A stretch of 61,379 bases of DNA, counting the filler, from Globobulimina sp. (lineage: Eukaryota), in NCBI GenBank assembly GCA_003354225.1. It is 14 parts of 14 records of this genome, joined end to end, with 100 filler letters (N's around TTAATTAATTAA, not from the genome) between each part and the next. Parts side by side here need not be neighbours in the genome. Positions count along the whole stretch, not along the records: positions 21,998 to 26,292 come from PIVH01001377.1; positions 26,393 to 30,682 come from PIVH01001378.1; positions 30,783 to 35,068 come from PIVH01001379.1; positions 35,169 to 39,454 come from PIVH01001380.1; 10 more parts are not named here. One strand, 5' to 3'. The translations under genes and the position numbers were made by a program. Numbering within the stretch: the first letter of the stretch is position 1; every line of letters starts with the position of its first letter. Below are positions 25,101 to 35,268 of this stretch, in pieces. Under the pieces are notes generated by a model, which was not told where the DNA came from, did no database searches, and saw only the letters and a program-made list of their open reading frames with translations.

Positions 25101-26221
25101 AAAAGCAGGCATTGAAAATATGGAAACAGCCGTATTTTGTAAGAAAAAGAAGAAAACAGAAATATTTTGCAAATTTAGAGTCGAAAGAAGAGGAAAAAGA
25201 GACTGAGAATGAAATGGAATTAAAACATATTACATCATTGGTAAAAGACAAACGTTTTTGGTTTGTTGTGAAATATCATAACAACATCCCAAACATCTAC
25301 GAAATCCTAAAACTAGCATATAATAAATGGATAGCCGATGATTCGAAGCTAGCGGCAATTTTTCCATTGGAAAAGTTCAAAATTAGCTATAAATGCTATA
25401 ATAAATTGGACCAAACAATATCGCCGAATACGTTTAGATTGGATTTGGAAGAAAAAGAGTCGGATTTAATGGATGATAATTTGATAAATTTCTGTAATGT
25501 CGGCAAAGTTGTCATTATTGATAACAATAAGATAAATTTGGAGAATTTGGAAAGTTGGAAAGGATTTATATGCTGCAAAGACTTAAATAAATTAAATATT
25601 ACGAAAGGAAGAGAAGATTGTCAATGTTGCAAATATCCCGACATTATGAACAATGCAAAAAAATGGAAATCAACAATAACGGGACAATCAATAAAAATAA
25701 ACAGATCGTCATGTTTTTCACGTGACATAATCTATGTAATTGACTGTAAAAATTGTGGGAAATCATATTTTGGCAAATGTGGAAAGGGAAAAACAGGGAA
25801 ACGGCAATTTAAGACAAGAACGAGAGAGCATACGGGCGATATTCAGAAAGTATACAAATTATTAATGCAAAACAATTATTATGATGAATCGGGAAAAATT
25901 AATAACAACATTGGGATTTTGGCATTAATTTTGAAATCAATCAAGAAAGAATACACTGGCGAAGTCCTACACTTTTTGGGATTGGACGGTACAAAATGTT
26001 ACCTCCAAAACAAGGGCAATCCATTATTTTTGATGAGAACGTGCGTTATAAAGCAGCTAAAGGGAGAGAATCGATTCGTAGTCGAAGCAAAATTGTGTAG
26101 AGAGGAGATTTTTTACCAAACGCAATTCTGTGCGATTACGCATGGAATGAACAGTGGAAAGGATGCAAATAATAGGGTGATAAGAAAAAAAAAAAGCACC
26201 AGTGTAATAGCACCAGTGTAA
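22127..26221 (+). CDS. PLE polyprotein: reverse transcriptase + Zn-finger linker + GIY-YIG endonuclease
   Basis: K.HK...LRLI; FDVVKLYPSI (motif A); GCGMG...ADL (B); RFRDD (C); ILD; HSKETD and SCH...K....ALRIRSIC thumb; IIYVIDCKNCGKSYFG; R..EH; E.FY...HGMN. Confidence 0.94.
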   Translation: MDKTCRIRTNRFGFHVRSFTNVFLRNGVRIMQSCTKSNFRALPHRSTISSFIRLHSAENITNYNFKLKHQGTYFRASMHFDSEVWQFYKLYRDLGRKVLRKAHHIDYYNICLLHYRDPWKLESKIKEQVITTIRSQKSHSAILRRCSNQLIKKDKAALRDQIVVNIKQMKLLWSNLTAIASKTTLNHLANVAELQMFHEYVRIDRLVKSRMYTIFNFGPDTFWEHWRINRRLKGTMSCNYSERGSTFTWVNSVNANDLNYNSGILDRTKTSESTAFSFDSEEKEYILGNIEETAGCEEVTVCNREKNEITASTERAPDSLDNFSNDESENKVYRLQRIFQQFKKKRAWKKGYKKKEITHFAAHKSKLNRRRNKINANRQCANLRRKCKIILKEEALKVAPMQKLPKTDENIKIAPGFEKLVARSRNYVVNPKYFDFNNMFTGIFNLKNSVRSWYNNIYNNYTKKKNDENEKNEEKEEKKEQKVQDDGDWVDWKPYLVNTKERRYHCQSTGNVKLEAFLHDFEKDLYEKCLQNQRNIQYKTNLDDDEEEAYMDCIDENQKFDDKNRKVMVKEDKGSLYMVTTAEVLNNLVLDTLPKLGFEAVPEYDWEQEIEILTQLLSKWVDFGELKEDWFEALQPKFPTKFHYRNANLYALWKTHKKVPSLRLISSFSGTFWEATDKFLDYVITPIWKHELEKGFLLKDTKDLVTRVINFNENKSIQWHIRNRKDFIVWSFDVVKLYPSIEHDYGLREMSKKLDEYSYLLPAHPSKECILDILNEALRRGVVVWNKNHFIKTRGCGMGRSWACRYADLCLVNYDTLLRDSDWVQSKSALEVLMDGRFRDDLFGAGCGDIFDLKCLLSGMNIINKSLQFTLDYDYADRDVDKNGKYLEILDTKFIVKRKLKRFDDIEFMGWDITVDVHSKETDTHCTLENNSCHVSHQKRGTISSTALRIRSICDDEYIENQLRNYKCFLIARNHEVWQVNNIFNKFSKLTKKQALKIWKQPYFVRKRRKQKYFANLESKEEEKETENEMELKHITSLVKDKRFWFVVKYHNNIPNIYEILKLAYNKWIADDSKLAAIFPLEKFKISYKCYNKLDQTISPNTFRLDLEEKESDLMDDNLINFCNVGKVVIIDNNKINLENLESWKGFICCKDLNKLNITKGREDCQCCKYPDIMNNAKKWKSTITGQSIKINRSSCFSRDIIYVIDCKNCGKSYFGKCGKGKTGKRQFKTRTREHTGDIQKVYKLLMQNNYYDESGKINNNIGILALILKSIKKEYTGEVLHFLGLDGTKCYLQNKGNPLFLMRTCVIKQLKGENRFVVEAKLCREEIFYQTQFCAITHGMNSGKDANNRVIRKKKSTSVIAPV

Positions 26222-26292
26222 GTCTTCAATATAAAATGTACATTTCTATTCGCCATTTTACACTGGTGATTTTATATTGGTGCTTTATATTG
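26196..26292. repeat. 14-bp repeat units (GCACCARTRTAA) in converging orientations at the PLE 3' end
   Basis: GCACCAGTGTAA at 26196 and 26210; inverted TTACACTGGTG at 26258-26268, followed by TTTTATATTGGTGC and TTTATATTG. Confidence 0.8.
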
Positions 26293-26392
26293 NNNNNNNN
26301 NNNNNNNNNNNNNNNNNNNNNNNNNNNNNNNNNNNNTTAATTAATTAANNNNNNNNNNNNNNNNNNNNNNNNNNNNNNNNNNNNNNNNNNNN

Positions 26393-26776
26393 TGAAAAAT
26401 AGATTTTCGTTTTAAAAGTTAATAATTCCTTAGTTGAGCTATACTCTCTTTTTACAATGGTAGAATCTGCAATATTTCTATTTACCAATGTTTCGATTAG
26501 CTCATTGTTGTTGGCAGTAAACCTTAATGAACCAAAGGTAATTCTATCATCATCAGGATTATAACTAAATTGAATTAACGTAGATCTGCTGCCAATCACA
26601 ACAGGCAGCTCCTTAAATTTAATCGTTTTATTTTTTGTAGATTTTGTAACAGTTTTCTCAATAAAAGAAGTTCCATCCTTAAAAACAGTTACTCTTTTAT
26701 GCTTAAAACCGCCTTGAGCATAGGAGATAGCAGAAATACTAATACAAAGTGATAAAATAAATAGTTTCGTTTTCAT
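26393..26776 (-). CDS. Bacterial (Bacteroidota-like) secreted protein, DUF4140-like N-terminus (3'-partial)
   Basis: Bacterial-type signal peptide MKTKLFILSLCISISAISYAQ followed by RVTVFKDGTSFIEK. Confidence 0.6.
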
Positions 26777-26949
26777 TCGTTTTGGTGTTTGTTAGTGATT
26801 TACTAATAATTAAGATGATGCTAAAGTTTTTCATTTTCCATAAAAATACTATTAAAGATAGGTAAATCTGTTACGCACACAAAAAACTAACACTAAAACC
26901 TAGGGCAATTGGGTTTAGAATTTAATTCATTTTCACCCCTAAATCCCCT

Positions 26950-26957
26950 TATCTTTG
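26950..26957 (+). promoter_or_regulatory. Bacteroidota -7 promoter element (TAnnTTTG)
   Basis: TATCTTTG(CGC) lies upstream of a short ORF start (ATG 27104, MESQTFKISKRATEL), next to a Bacteroidota-like gene. Confidence 0.5.
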
Positions 26958-27159
26958 CGCCATATGGCTTACGCCTGATTTTGCCATTTCCTATTACTCT
27001 GGCGACAGCTAAGTTCCCCATTTGGGGGAAATAAGGGGTAATCAAAAGTTTAAACCCGATTGCCCTGCACTAAAACCGACATTGTGATTGAAACAATAGA
27101 AAAATGGAATCACAAACCTTTAAAATCAGTAAACGTGCCACGGAGCTTTAATTAATTGC

Positions 27160-28839
27160 ATGAGTGAATTAACAAGTGATATTGGTAAATTGCCGCCTGC
27201 TTTAGAGACTGTTAATGAACCAAACAATAATATAAATACTATGAAGTATGCGGATGAAGTGATGTTAGCCACCAACACACAAACACCCATTACAATCGAT
27301 ATAAATCATAGTCACAATAATGATGATGATGATGATGATGAATATTATGAGGATGATAAAGCGCGGCAATCTATAGATTTATTACAAGAGGAACTATCCC
27401 CTTCTTTCGCATCTCCAGCTCCATCTGCCTCGATATGGAGTTGTTTAACGTGTGGCTGTTGTGACAGCAACCAGACAAACATGAAAGTGGTCGGTCAGGA
27501 GTTGGCAGATAGAGATAAAAAGGAAGAAGAGGAAGAGGAGGAAGAAGAAGCTGGATTTGCCTTAGATATGGATGATTGGAAGACATTTAAATCGGGCGCC
27601 TCGCGTATTCGTCGCCCCACGGCCTATACCACGGTGACTAACAATGAAGATTCCACCATCAATTCATCCGATGTCCGAATGTGGCAAGATCCGTTTGGTA
27701 AAGGTGCGTCTGGCCGCGTCTTCAAAGGCATCTATTTGCCGTTATGCCAGGTGATGGCATTAAAAGTGACTTCGCGTCTCGACAATGATAATGTGAAACA
27801 GATATTGGGTGAATACAAGCAACAACAGGAGTTCTTACCGGATTGTGATGAGTTGATGCGGATCCATGGTTGGTATCGAAATTTATGCACCAATGAGATT
27901 GCGGTGGCCTTGGAATATATGGATATGGGATCCATTTATGACTCGGTCTTCCACCATAACCATGGCAATGGCAATGGCAATAAGAGTGATAAAGCGAGCG
28001 GTGATAAATCAGTGGAAGAACAGATAAAAACGGGGCATAAACAAATAATAATCGATAAATTATCGTACGATGAGTTGCGATTTATAGGCAGACAGTCGTT
28101 ATTAGGCTTACATGCGTTGCATAGCAATGCGCCGCCGCTGATCCACCGCGATATTAAGCCGCAAAATATCTTGTTATCGTCGTTTGGCGTGGTCAAAGTG
28201 GCCGATTTTGGGCTGTTGATAGAATTGGGCGATTCTGGCGTGTGCTCGGATGGTAAAGGCACGTCAAAGTACTTTAGTCCGGAACGGATCCAGGGTTCTT
28301 TTGATTGTTCGTCGGATATCTGGTCGTTGGGCATTACATTGATTGAGATCTATAAACAAGAATTAATTTCAGCAGAAGATTTAGATTGGTTTAAAATCGT
28401 GGAAGATGGCATAGATATTTATGATTTTTTGCCGGCAACGACGCCAACCGAGTTTTTAGATTTTTTAAAGCAATGTTTATCGCACGAATCGGTGGATAGG
28501 CCATCGGCCAAACAATTGTTGTCGCATCAATTTATAACTCGTAAATGGGGGCATCCATTGGATGGCGATCTAGACAGTGGCAGCAATAGCATCAGTAACA
28601 ATATTTCCATTCAGTTTTCAAAAGAAGAGGGAAATCAAAAATTATTGGACAAAATATTGGGTTGGTTGGAAGAATGGATATTATCCGATGAAGAAAATAA
28701 TGGCAAATTATTCTTGGAGGGAGACTCTGAATATTTAAAACAATGTGTTTTTAATTTGTCAAAATATTCTGGTTTATCTGCACGTTATATTGACAAATAT
28801 ATTGCTGATTTATACAGAGAATACACTCAATTTGAATAA
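27160..28839 (+). CDS. MAP kinase kinase (STE7-like) protein kinase
   Basis: GKGASGRV, ALK, ALEYMDMGS, HRDIKPQN, DFG, GTSKYFSPERI and SDIWSLG motifs; acidic N-terminus with a Cys cluster. Confidence 0.9.
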   Translation: MSELTSDIGKLPPALETVNEPNNNINTMKYADEVMLATNTQTPITIDINHSHNNDDDDDDEYYEDDKARQSIDLLQEELSPSFASPAPSASIWSCLTCGCCDSNQTNMKVVGQELADRDKKEEEEEEEEEAGFALDMDDWKTFKSGASRIRRPTAYTTVTNNEDSTINSSDVRMWQDPFGKGASGRVFKGIYLPLCQVMALKVTSRLDNDNVKQILGEYKQQQEFLPDCDELMRIHGWYRNLCTNEIAVALEYMDMGSIYDSVFHHNHGNGNGNKSDKASGDKSVEEQIKTGHKQIIIDKLSYDELRFIGRQSLLGLHALHSNAPPLIHRDIKPQNILLSSFGVVKVADFGLLIELGDSGVCSDGKGTSKYFSPERIQGSFDCSSDIWSLGITLIEIYKQELISAEDLDWFKIVEDGIDIYDFLPATTPTEFLDFLKQCLSHESVDRPSAKQLLSHQFITRKWGHPLDGDLDSGSNSISNNISIQFSKEEGNQKLLDKILGWLEEWILSDEENNGKLFLEGDSEYLKQCVFNLSKYSGLSARYIDKYIADLYREYTQFE

Positions 28840-28969
28840 ATTGCAGACTTTGTATAGAGAATAAATACAGTTTGTTTCATCCTTTTTAATTTTTTATTGT
28901 ATAATTAATATTGCTTTCATTCTTGTTTATTTCTTTTGAGCTGAGTCAATTAACAATATTAACATTAAC

Positions 28970-29968
28970 ATGAACATGATGTCCCTCTTTGGCTCGGGGA
29001 AACAATCACAAACACAAATATTGTGTAAAAAAATTGATATTGTGACAAGTCCACATATTTCCGAACCACAATGGGATATTGTAATGGATATAACCGATGC
29101 CTTGAATAGTGACAGTGGCAGAGCAAAACGAGTATTATCTCATTTAAAACGCATTTTAGAAAAATCAATCTCAATATCTTCAGACAATCAACAGTTAAAA
29201 AATTGTTTAAATGTAATTGATTCGTTGACGCGTAATGGAAATGACAATATTATTTATGTGATTCATTCATCCTTTTTATTGCCATTGAGTCGATTTGCAT
29301 TATCCATTGACAGAGACAACCAACACTTAAAATCATTATTATGCAATGATGAAATAAAAAATAATAAAGTGCCACGAGACCGTGTATTAGAATTAATACT
29401 TGATTGGCAGTCTGATAATAAAAATAATAATATCAATCAATTAAAATACCCAAACTTTCGAAGTACGTTTGTTGAGTTAAAACAAAATGGCGCGCCATTT
29501 GCAAAAATAATATGTGAAAGAGAACGAATAAAAAAAGATCTAGAATTACAACAAGAAATATTAAAAAAAGAAGAAAAGATTAAGCCAGAAATGAAAGAAT
29601 ATGATGATGCCATTTCTTATAATAATCCATGGTGCAAAAAGAATATGGTATTTGGTCGATGGTATAAATCCAAATTAAAGGCAGATTTATCAAAATTAAT
29701 CGATATGATTTGTATGACGCAGGACATCATAGCTATGAAAAACATAAATGATGCAACTTTAATGTGTATGGAGTTAAGAGAAGCCAATAAGCGCTTACTT
29801 TCAATCATGTTGAGAACAAACGATCCGCCGGCAATTGATTCTTTGTTGCAATTAGTTGTCATCAATTCTTCACTCTTTAATTGTTATAAGAAATTAAAAA
29901 ATGGACAGCATTTCATAATTCCTGGTGTTTCAAGACAGTTTTTGCATGTTTTGATTAAATCATTATAA
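28970..29968 (+). CDS. VHS-domain (TOM1/GGA-like) protein with a GAT-like helical C-terminus
   Basis: TS.....PQWDIVMDITDALN, L.VIDSL.RNG, RVLELILDW and Y..F...LK..G..F motifs. Confidence 0.78.
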   Translation: MNMMSLFGSGKQSQTQILCKKIDIVTSPHISEPQWDIVMDITDALNSDSGRAKRVLSHLKRILEKSISISSDNQQLKNCLNVIDSLTRNGNDNIIYVIHSSFLLPLSRFALSIDRDNQHLKSLLCNDEIKNNKVPRDRVLELILDWQSDNKNNNINQLKYPNFRSTFVELKQNGAPFAKIICERERIKKDLELQQEILKKEEKIKPEMKEYDDAISYNNPWCKKNMVFGRWYKSKLKADLSKLIDMICMTQDIIAMKNINDATLMCMELREANKRLLSIMLRTNDPPAIDSLLQLVVINSSLFNCYKKLKNGQHFIIPGVSRQFLHVLIKSL

Positions 29969-30071
29969 TACAAATATAATTAAACTCTGCTTTTTTTCCT
30001 TTTTTTTCTTTCTTTTTTTTAAGTTTATTTCAGTTCAGTTCAGTCTCACAAGTCACAACATCAGCATCAAC

Positions 30072-30682
30072 ATGACTACCAAGCGGAGTATTTTACAATT
30101 TATTTCAAAGCGATATTTCCAACCAAGAGCAGCAAAAAACCCATTACCACCACCATATGTAATCAAAACCAAATTTAATTATCAACATGCGGAACCACTT
30201 AAAAATCATGAACTTGCAGTGAGGTATGACTACTGTATGACATATATTTATTAATATAATATATATATATATTATTTATTTAGTGATGCAGGCGATAATT
30301 GGGAGAAACACAATGCATTATATCAGCATTATCAGGAAGGAGAATATTTTGTAACTCATTCAATACCAGATTTTGAGAAATTTTTTGGTGGCTATTATGG
30401 TGAATATTGGCCATCACATTTTGGTGGAGGATATCATAAATTTTTAAGAAGGAGAATGAGCCAAACTGGAGAATATAATCATAAGTATCCGTGGATCAAT
30501 TTTATTCGAAAAAAATTAGATGAAAGAGGAATACATTGGGATTTTCCACGAGGCCAAGATTATCAAATTGTAATGAGATGGTTGTTGTCAATTTATATGA
30601 TAATATTTGTTGCAAAACAATATAGTAATTTTAAATCGCATCGAGCAAATTGTTTACCATTAGATCCCGAACCACAGTATCC
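30072..30682 (+). CDS. Hypothetical protein, possible mitochondrial targeting peptide and single TM helix (3'-partial)
   Basis: Arg-rich N-terminus ending KRYF. Intron 30224-30283 joins it in frame to ORF 30456. Confidence 0.6.
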
Positions 30683-30782
30683 NNNNNNNNNNNNNNNNNN
30701 NNNNNNNNNNNNNNNNNNNNNNNNNNTTAATTAATTAANNNNNNNNNNNNNNNNNNNNNNNNNNNNNNNNNNNNNNNNNNNN

Positions 30783-33700
30783 AAGGACTTGCCGGACTTA
30801 GTGGTGCGCGAATTGAACAAGCAAACGGTGGAGAAGAGCCTCAAAAACTTGCATTATATGATGAACAATCATTATAACATCGAGGAGATCAACGAAGCCA
30901 AAGAAAAGCTCAAACTGCAGATCGCCGGCCGCCAATTCCGCGCTCCCTATGCCCAGAGCCGCATATTCGGCATGAACGACATTACGCGTTTCATAGATTT
31001 GGCCATCGAGAAGCACCAATTGAAGAAAAGCAAAAAGGCGTCGTCGTGGATCATGGGAGGAATGGGGCTGACTCAGGAACAGAAGCAACGGGAACAGTCC
31101 ATCTTGAACTTGTGGTTAGATATCAAATTCATTAATGCCTGGATTGAGGAGGAGGGCGTATTGGAGTTCATATTGGACGCAAAGAAGACTGCGCAGATTG
31201 AGCTGATTAAGCGGCTGGGCCCTATTTATAAGCTGTTGAAGTTCAACAATAATATCAATATCACGAAGCACATCGATCCATTGTGGGATTTGACGCTCGT
31301 GGTGGGACAGCATGAGGCGATCCGATATATTATTTACGATTTGATCTGCGAGTTGGCCGAGAGCCTCAATTTGGAGCAAATTAAGCATTTATTCCAACAG
31401 ATTGCAAAGACGCCGAAGCAAGACTATGATACACAAATCTTGCAATTGATTAAGAAGACCACTGTCCAGGTATGGCTTTGTTGCTTTTGTTGCTTTTTTT
31501 GCCTAAGTTTTGGTGTTTAGGCGTTTGAGAAACAGGAAGTGTGGGACAGACGGCACAATATCACGGCCGAAGAGGAGAGCAATGAGAATGAAGAGAAGCA
31601 AAGCGAGGAAAACACGAAAAAAAAGGACAAGAAATCATGGTTTGGCTTGGATTTGTTGTGGAAATTCGTGCAATCGGCAGACGCGGCGGGCGGCGGTGAT
31701 GGCGGTAAAGTGAAGAGATTGATATCTGAGAAGACTGCGCGTGAGGCATTGCAGATATTTTTGGAATTATTGAGTATGGAATATGCCATATCTCAACGCA
31801 ATGCTTATATGGAAAAATGTATTTGGCACATTCAAGAGTCTCAGAAAGTGGTTCAGAATTTGCAATTATTGCAACAATTAATACAGACATTCCCACGCAT
31901 TGTCAAAACGTGGTGGGGCAGCGATACCACACAAAAACCAAACACGCAAAATGGTGTAATCGAGCGCTTAGAGCGTGATTATGCGATTATTGACCATTTA
32001 TTGCAGGATTTGGCTTTTTATAAAGGTACAGTACATATCGATATATATTCATTTGTTTTTGCTGAAATTTCTGAATTTTTGCACATTTTGCAGGCACTGT
32101 GATGAGTATGGATGTGTCGGAAAAGACGTCGATTCAAACCATGCGTGTGGATTCCTCCTCCTTTGGCTACTTGGAACAGATTAAAATCCGGCAAGATTTC
32201 TTGTTATTTTTATTGACCCACAGCGGATTACGTCTAACTCGCGCTCAATATCGACGTATTTGGGACCATTTGGTTGGCGGTGCATTGTGCAGAGAAGAGA
32301 TGGATTTGTGTTATATTTGGTTGCTACGCGGCAGTATTCCGCCACATTTCTCCTCCTCCAATGACAGCCATTATCGACTGTATAACCAACAGGACCAACG
32401 CTATTTATTTGAGAATTGTATCCGTCGATTACCCGCGGCCCATCTCAGCGAAACTGGCTATTTGTTGGTGGTCTCCTTCTTTTGCTCCGTCAACAAACGA
32501 GCGGGCACTTTGAGCATCAAAGGAGAAAAAAAGAAACTTCCGCGGCGTGCCGGTGACGGCCAAGGAATTACGCAGATAAAGACCAATGTAAATACAATAA
32601 AATCCAAATTTAATGGTGCCGGCCGGAAGGAGGAAGAAGGCATTTTTGTGCGGAAAGAGCCGACTCGCAAAACTAGAGAACATTTGTTGAAGTTCGTCAA
32701 GAATATGAATACGGATCGCCTGTTGAATGAGGATGGGACATATTTGATCGACCCCGATGACCATTATATTGACAGTGTGCGACTGAGGGTGATAGATTAC
32801 GGCGGATTGGATGGTTTGAGCTATTTCTGGGATATTGTGTTGAAAGCAGTATTGCCGTCGGTCGGATTGCAGGCCATCGAGTTGTTGAATGCGTTGCATT
32901 TTTATTTTGCGCCGAGGATAAAGTCAAAGGATAGGGATGATATCAGACAGAAACATGTACAGAAATGCTTGAGGAATTTGGATGAGGCGCTCAAATCTGA
33001 TCAGAATCAGGACAAAAATAAGATTATTGTCAAGCGCATGATTATGTTATTGAAGCAATTTTTGGAATCATTTGTCAATAATTTAGGTATGCAGTAAAAG
33101 GGAGTGTCTTCAGTTTGAATTTTACAAATTTGCAGCTTTAAAATTAACGACAAATCCACAATAATGACACTTGAAGGCTTTGGCAGCGACGAGCAAAAGA
33201 GCGGCATCGTCGATATTGAAATCTCGCCGGATAAAGAATTTCGAACCAAACCATACCTTCAAACCATGAAATTGACGGATACCTTCGGCCATTTACGCAA
33301 GAAAATATTGGCAAAATTAAGCAACTTAAACAGTGGATTAATATTAGAACATTTGATCATAAAATGGAACGATAAATATACGATTACCATGGAAGAACAC
33401 GATCGCTTCAGACTCAGTAAATTGGACTGGTCTCAATCGCGCATTTTGGAAATCAAACGCGTCCGCTATGCCTTCACCAGATACTTTTGGATGGTGCCAC
33501 AATCACAACAGCCCATTTCCGACGGATATCCCTATCCAATCCAGCTATCCTCCAACAATGACGGCCACAGCGGACAGGACGTAATGAGCGGATTTAAGCG
33601 GGTCAATGCCTTACAAATCTTCAGTGCCAATGAGAATATCTACAATCAGTTATTTCCATTGCTGCAACGCCAAGGCATTGGTCCCGCGGTGTGGGACATT

Positions 33701-35068
33701 TTAAACCTATTACCACCGTCACATATTCGCGTGCGGAGGATCATTGATTTAGGCTTTGAGTCTAAATTTATCCCCAAGCGCTGGAATGACATCTTTGATT
33801 TGAAGAAACCGTACCAATTATTGTATTATTTGCAGATATTATGCAGTATATTCAGCGGAGAGGAATGGAAAAAGGAATACTTTCAAGGCAATCGCATGCG
33901 GCAACGGGCACAAATATCGCATTTAGAGTGGATTCAAAGATTCGTTAATTTGGGCGGATTCTCCTTTGTCACGCAGTTATTGTTCAAAATCGACTTAACA
34001 AACAATAAGAACTCGCAGAGCGACAAAGAGAAGCGGCGGATTAATGTAAATTGCGTGGCGTATTTATTTCAAATCGTGTCGTTATTATTAAGCATGGATA
34101 AGACATTTAAGTCTGTCATATCGAGCAATAAGTGTGTCAGAGATGGCTCCATTACCAATTTCAAAGATTTCCCGTACATCGAAGGCAAATTAATCCAAAC
34201 CGCGTTGAACATATCGCAAAAGATCCTGTTATGGAGCGATTTGGCCGCCAAACAGAAGCAAGAGGAAGAGCAGAAACATATGGACGTGCAGATGGAGCAA
34301 GACGTCGTAGTGCAACAACCAAGGCACTTAAAAGGACACTTACAAATTCGACGGCAAGTGTCCGACTTCAGCAATTTGTCCAATATCAGCGATTTGGGGC
34401 CGAATGGCGCCACCATTTTGGTGGAATGCTTGCAAATTATGATTGGTTGCATCCGCACCAATCCTAAATACGTCGATGCTTTGTTCGAAATGGAGCACTT
34501 AACCCAATGGCTGACCTCATTGCTGCTAAACACGCAGTATCCCGCCACGCGGCCGTCGGTGTCCATGGCGTTGCAAATGTTGTCGCAAATCGGCGAGGAG
34601 ACGAATATCAAGTTATTGTCAGAGCTAATTAAGATATTCCAGAGCAAAAACAAGCGGTCGCAGACGCCGGACTGTCACGAGTTTTTCGAGCTGTTATTGC
34701 ATGTCTTTGACCATGTTTGCAGGGAATACAAGTTAAATAATGAGAAATATTTATTGAAATGCAAAACCATCGCAAACAATGCGTTCATTACACTGCGGCA
34801 ATACGCCTCGTCGGAGAAGTACAATGAGCCCGATATCACTGATGAATATTTGGTGGGCATTTTGAATGTGATTCGCATCGCGGCCCATCACATATTGTAC
34901 GACGCGGAGGAGGTGTTGGTATTATGTGAGTACATATTTTATGAGTGTTTGTTCAATGTACCGCAGCAAAATGATTACGGCGCCAAATGCAAGGCGGCGT
35001 ACAGTAGGCGCATTGCCTATGCGTTGATCCATAAATTGAATGAGAAATACCCGGCGACCTTGTCGTTG
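30783..35068 (+). CDS. Internal fragment of a USP9X/USP24/USP34-family ubiquitin hydrolase (region upstream of the catalytic domain)
   Basis: Introns 31470-31520, 32026-32093 and 33094-33135 join four ORFs. Motifs HID.LW....QHEAI...IYDL, GLSYFWDIVL, VWDILNLLP, LLYYLQI, WIQRFVNLGG and KCK..SR..AY.L. No Cys/His boxes within the contig. Confidence 0.8.
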
Positions 35069-35168
35069 NNNNNNNNNNNNNNNNNNNNNNNNNNNNNNNN
35101 NNNNNNNNNNNNTTAATTAATTAANNNNNNNNNNNNNNNNNNNNNNNNNNNNNNNNNNNNNNNNNNNN

Positions 35169-35246
35169 CCTAAGGAAATAAAGAAAATGAACAAAGGAGA
35201 TATCTTAGTAGCACCAATGACTAGTCCCGATTTTATAGTTGCCTTG
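35169..35246 (+). other. Prokaryotic PEP-utilising enzyme mobile-domain fragment (probable chimeric contig end)
   Basis: Translates as PKEIKKMNKGDILVAPMTSPDFIVAL, in a different frame from the adjoining eukaryotic gene. Confidence 0.65.
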
Positions 35247-35268
35247 ATATACCTTTACCTTCGCACCG

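Larger units (their letters stand above)
21998..26292 (+). mobile_element. Penelope-like retroelement (C-terminal endonuclease, Neptune-like); fills the whole contig
   Basis: Single 1364-aa intronless ORF with PLE-type RT and GIY-YIG, a hammerhead motif upstream and short repeats downstream. Confidence 0.92.

Noticed and set aside
22127-26221. Group II intron maturase, telomerase or Naiad/Chlamys-type PLE
   Set aside because: The thumb and C-terminal GIY-YIG are PLE-type; Naiad/Chlamys carry the endonuclease N-terminally; no in-frame TGA suggests a selenoprotein.
30783-35068. Higher-GC contig as bacterial or foreign DNA
   Set aside because: It has three short spliceosomal introns and encodes a eukaryotic USP-family protein; a different eukaryote cannot be excluded.
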